Below are positions 5,206-7,153 of a stretch of 7,153 nucleotides of DNA, piece after piece. The stretch lies in the IMG/VR virus record IMGVR_UViG_2657245112_000033; one strand, given 5' to 3'. Within the stretch, counting starts at the first letter, position 1. Every line of letters starts with the position of its first letter. Position numbers and translations under genes: made by a program. The notes below the pieces were generated by a model. It ran no database searches, was not told the origin of the DNA, and saw only the letters and a program-made list of their open reading frames with translations. Source of the stretch: a virus. Taxonomy: Duplodnaviria > Heunggongvirae > Uroviricota > Caudoviricetes.

Positions 5206-5238
5206 AAAAGGCGGCTCTAAATGCTGCCTTTTATTTTG
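5206..5238. terminator. Rho-independent terminator hairpin, possibly bidirectional
   Basis: aaaaggcggc (5206-5215), loop tctaaat, gctgcctttt (5223-5232): about a 10-bp stem with one G-U pair, followed by ttttatttt. The A-run upstream gives a matching U-run on the opposite strand. Confidence 0.6.
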
Positions 5239-5299
5239 CCCGTTATGCAACTTAAAAGTTGTATTTCTTACTTTAAACAAGGTAACAAGGTTTATATAA

Positions 5300-5512
5300 A
5301 TGTTGTTCTTAAATGATAAAGAGCAAATCATCAAGTATAAAGATGAAATGCTGAAAATAAATCCACAAATTACCGAAATGGTAGCTAAATACGCTGGGTG
5401 TTCTGTAGAAGAAGTAGAAAGATGTGTTGAAAAATATTTTTCTCCTTCTTCTCCGTCTACACCTTCCCTTAATGAATTAATCAAATTAAAAGCTAAGGAG
5501 ATTACTAAATGA
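5300..5512 (+). CDS. Hypothetical small protein (70 aa)
   Basis: Its stop overlaps the next start (ATGA at 5509-5512), suggesting translational coupling. Weak ribosome-binding site (aagg near 5288). Contains a Ser/Pro-rich segment SPSSPSTPS. Confidence 0.5.
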   Translation: MLFLNDKEQIIKYKDEMLKINPQITEMVAKYAGCSVEEVERCVEKYFSPSSPSTPSLNELIKLKAKEITK

Positions 5513-5871
5513 TTATTGATTTAGACACTCTGTTTCCAGTTCGAAAGACTTTCACAGATATTGTAAGTTATTGTACTGATCCGTTTGCCTCTGTAGAAAG
5601 CAAGGTTTTTGCTTCTCTTCCTGCTGATGTTGAATGCGGCGACTTGATCACCAGCACTGGCGCTAAATATGTATCAGGAGATGATATCTATGTTGTTATG
5701 AGTGAATTTGTAACGGCTGGAGAAAACAAACCTGTAGATGTTTTACGTAGCAATGCTGGGCTTGTATGCATCAAAGCTGATGCGCTGAATGCTGTAAGTG
5801 AAGCAGCAAAAACAGCATTAATTAAAAAAGGCTTCCAGCTTGAAGGGTTCCATTCTGTTTTCACTTCTTAA
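5509..5871 (+). CDS. Putative head decoration or accessory head protein (120 aa), assigned by position only
   Basis: AAGGAG at 5495-5500, ATG at 5509. It sits immediately upstream of the major capsid gene, where lambda has gpD, but I see no clear sequence similarity to gpD. Confidence 0.55.
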   Translation: MIIDLDTLFPVRKTFTDIVSYCTDPFASVESKVFASLPADVECGDLITSTGAKYVSGDDIYVVMSEFVTAGENKPVDVLRSNAGLVCIKADALNAVSEAAKTALIKKGFQLEGFHSVFTS

Positions 5872-5889
5872 TAAAAGGAATAATAATAA

Positions 5890-6918
5890 ATGATTCTAGG
5901 CAATGATTACGTTGATTTGATCCCTCTGTTCCAGACACACAGCACGCGTAACTTCCTGCTCTCTACTCTTGATTTTACGGATTCTGTAGGGGTTACATCT
6001 CATAAAGTAGCTGTTTCCCAGCTTGTCGAAAGCAACGAATCTCTCTTTAACAAAGAGACAAGCCGTTTTAGTTCTGAACACAATGTTACTAAGCGAGAAC
6101 AAGGTAAAGAATGGCTGATCGAGATCCCTTACTTCCTGCGTGAAGATGTGATCCGTCCTTCTGATGTTCAAGGCAAACGTAAACCTGGCACTGATTTCCA
6201 GGAAACACTCACTGATATTTATGCGGAATATATCGCTAAACACCACGTAGCGTATCAGCGTACAAAAGAGAGCGTATTGGCTGCTTCTTTGTTCTCGGGC
6301 AAAACTTATACACCGAAAACTGATGATGTTCTTATCGAATGGGGCAAGCTGTTTAACGTATCAGCTATGAAAGCCACTGTGAACGCTTCCAGCACTGACA
6401 CCACGAAGATTTTTAAAGAATTTGATCAGATTGCTACTGACATTATCGAGAAAGCACAAAGCCAGGCGTCTGCTGTAGAGCGTATTGTTGTTTTCTGTAA
6501 ACCTGAAGCCTTCTCCGCAATTCGATTCTCTGCTGGTATGGCAAACGCATTCCAGTATGTAAGCCCACTGGAAGAGGGGAACGTTGTGTATCAGCGTCGT
6601 GACCTGCTGCCAGGGGTGACAGCGTTCACTATCCCAGGAACTAACATTGATGTTGTTAAACTGGTAGATCCGCTACACCTTGCACATATGACTTCTGATG
6701 CGGTTGCGATTCCGAAGTTTGCTAAAGGCTCTAATGTATATCAGAACATCTACGGGGCTGCTTCCAGCACTTTTGAACTGATCAATGCCGCTCCTGCTGA
6801 GGTGTATAGCTATAGCTATGAATCTTCTCGTGGTGATGCTGTTAACGTTGTTACAGAGAATAGCCAGATGGTTGTAAACCACGGTGTAGGCTTCTCCGTT
6901 CAAATCACTGTTAAATAA
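5890..6918 (+). CDS. Major capsid protein, lambda gpE family (342 aa)
   Basis: AAGGAA ribosome-binding site before ATG 5890. Length matches gpE (341 aa). Several segments resemble my recollection of lambda gpE: SVLAASLFSGKTYTPKTD vs AVSAVLKGKYTMTGE, ASAVERIVVFCKPEAFSAIRFS vs ASGVVNIIVFDPKGWALFRSF, DLLPGVTAFTIPG vs NFLPDNTMVLG, and C-terminal GFSVQITVK vs EFVSVQLA. Recalled, not aligned. Confidence 0.85.
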   Translation: MILGNDYVDLIPLFQTHSTRNFLLSTLDFTDSVGVTSHKVAVSQLVESNESLFNKETSRFSSEHNVTKREQGKEWLIEIPYFLREDVIRPSDVQGKRKPGTDFQETLTDIYAEYIAKHHVAYQRTKESVLAASLFSGKTYTPKTDDVLIEWGKLFNVSAMKATVNASSTDTTKIFKEFDQIATDIIEKAQSQASAVERIVVFCKPEAFSAIRFSAGMANAFQYVSPLEEGNVVYQRRDLLPGVTAFTIPGTNIDVVKLVDPLHLAHMTSDAVAIPKFAKGSNVYQNIYGAASSTFELINAAPAEVYSYSYESSRGDAVNVVTENSQMVVNHGVGFSVQITVK

Positions 6919-6958
6919 TATTTAACGTGTAATAGAGGCGTGGCGCTGAGAGATCCCC

Positions 6959-7153
6959 TCATAATTTCCCCAAAGCGTAACCATGTGTGAATAAATTTTG
7001 AGCTAGTAGGGTTGCAGCCACGAGTAAGTCTTCCCTTGTTATTGTGTAGCCAGAATGCCGCAAAACTTCCATGCCTAAGCGAACTGTTGAGAGTACGTTT
7101 CGATTTCTGACTGTGTTAGCCTGGAAGTGCTTGTCCCAACCTTGTTTCTGAGC
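6959..7153 (-). CDS. Possible 3' end of a convergent gene running off the window (C-terminal 64 codons, unknown function)
   Basis: The minus-strand frame entering at 7153 is open for 64 codons (...GMEVLRHSGYTITREDLLVAATLLAQNLFTHGYALGKL) and stops at 6959-6961. It is absent from the track because no Met start lies in the window. The composition is protein-like, but a chance open frame is not excluded. Confidence 0.3.
   Translation of the reverse strand, partial: AQKQGWDKHFQANTVRNRNVLSTVRLGMEVLRHSGYTITREDLLVAATLLAQNLFTHGYALGKL

Noticed and set aside
5107-5484. Track ORF of 125 aa on the minus strand
   Set aside because: Runs through the terminator hairpin, the 11-bp palindrome and antisense to the 5300-5512 gene; the regulatory features explain the region better.
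5896-6903. Track ORFs on the minus strand inside the capsid gene (5896-6246 and 6673-6903)
   Set aside because: Shadow frames opposite a gene with strong family-level similarity to lambda gpE.
1-7153. tRNA gene or integrase-linked attachment site
   Set aside because: No cloverleaf-compatible segment with a GTTCRANYC T-loop found (ggttcgata at 5040 lacks the remaining arms), and no integrase gene in the window.

Overview
This 7.15-kb window looks like part of a phage, phage-plasmid or similar mobile element, with four parts. (1) A roughly 2.5-kb left region (about 160-2650) with no convincing gene, packed with at least five families of short repeats: about 20 copies of a TTACAC-core motif in both orientations, three inverted-repeat operator-like sites, 22-bp tandem iterons bracketed by a perfect 23-bp direct repeat and AT-rich tracts, GGAA-N5-TTCC repeats, and a GC-rich island (1510-1930) with dense hairpin potential. 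I read this as a composite origin/partition/operator region. (2) A rightward operon of six small genes (2656-4950) with strong Shine-Dalgarno sites: a ribbon-helix-helix-like protein, two winged-HTH-like proteins (one ending in an SSB-tail-like DFDIPF tip) and three unknowns. (3) An intergenic control region (4951-5299) with a promoter, an 11-bp perfect inverted repeat and a terminator hairpin upstream of the head genes. (4) A head module (5300-6918): a 70-aa protein, a 120-aa protein in the decoration-protein position, and a 342-aa major capsid protein of the lambda gpE family, followed by a possible convergent partial ORF. I saw no rRNA, tRNA, CRISPR array, transposase or integrase. All calls come from reading the sequence; no database search or folding was run, and the functional assignments are inference.
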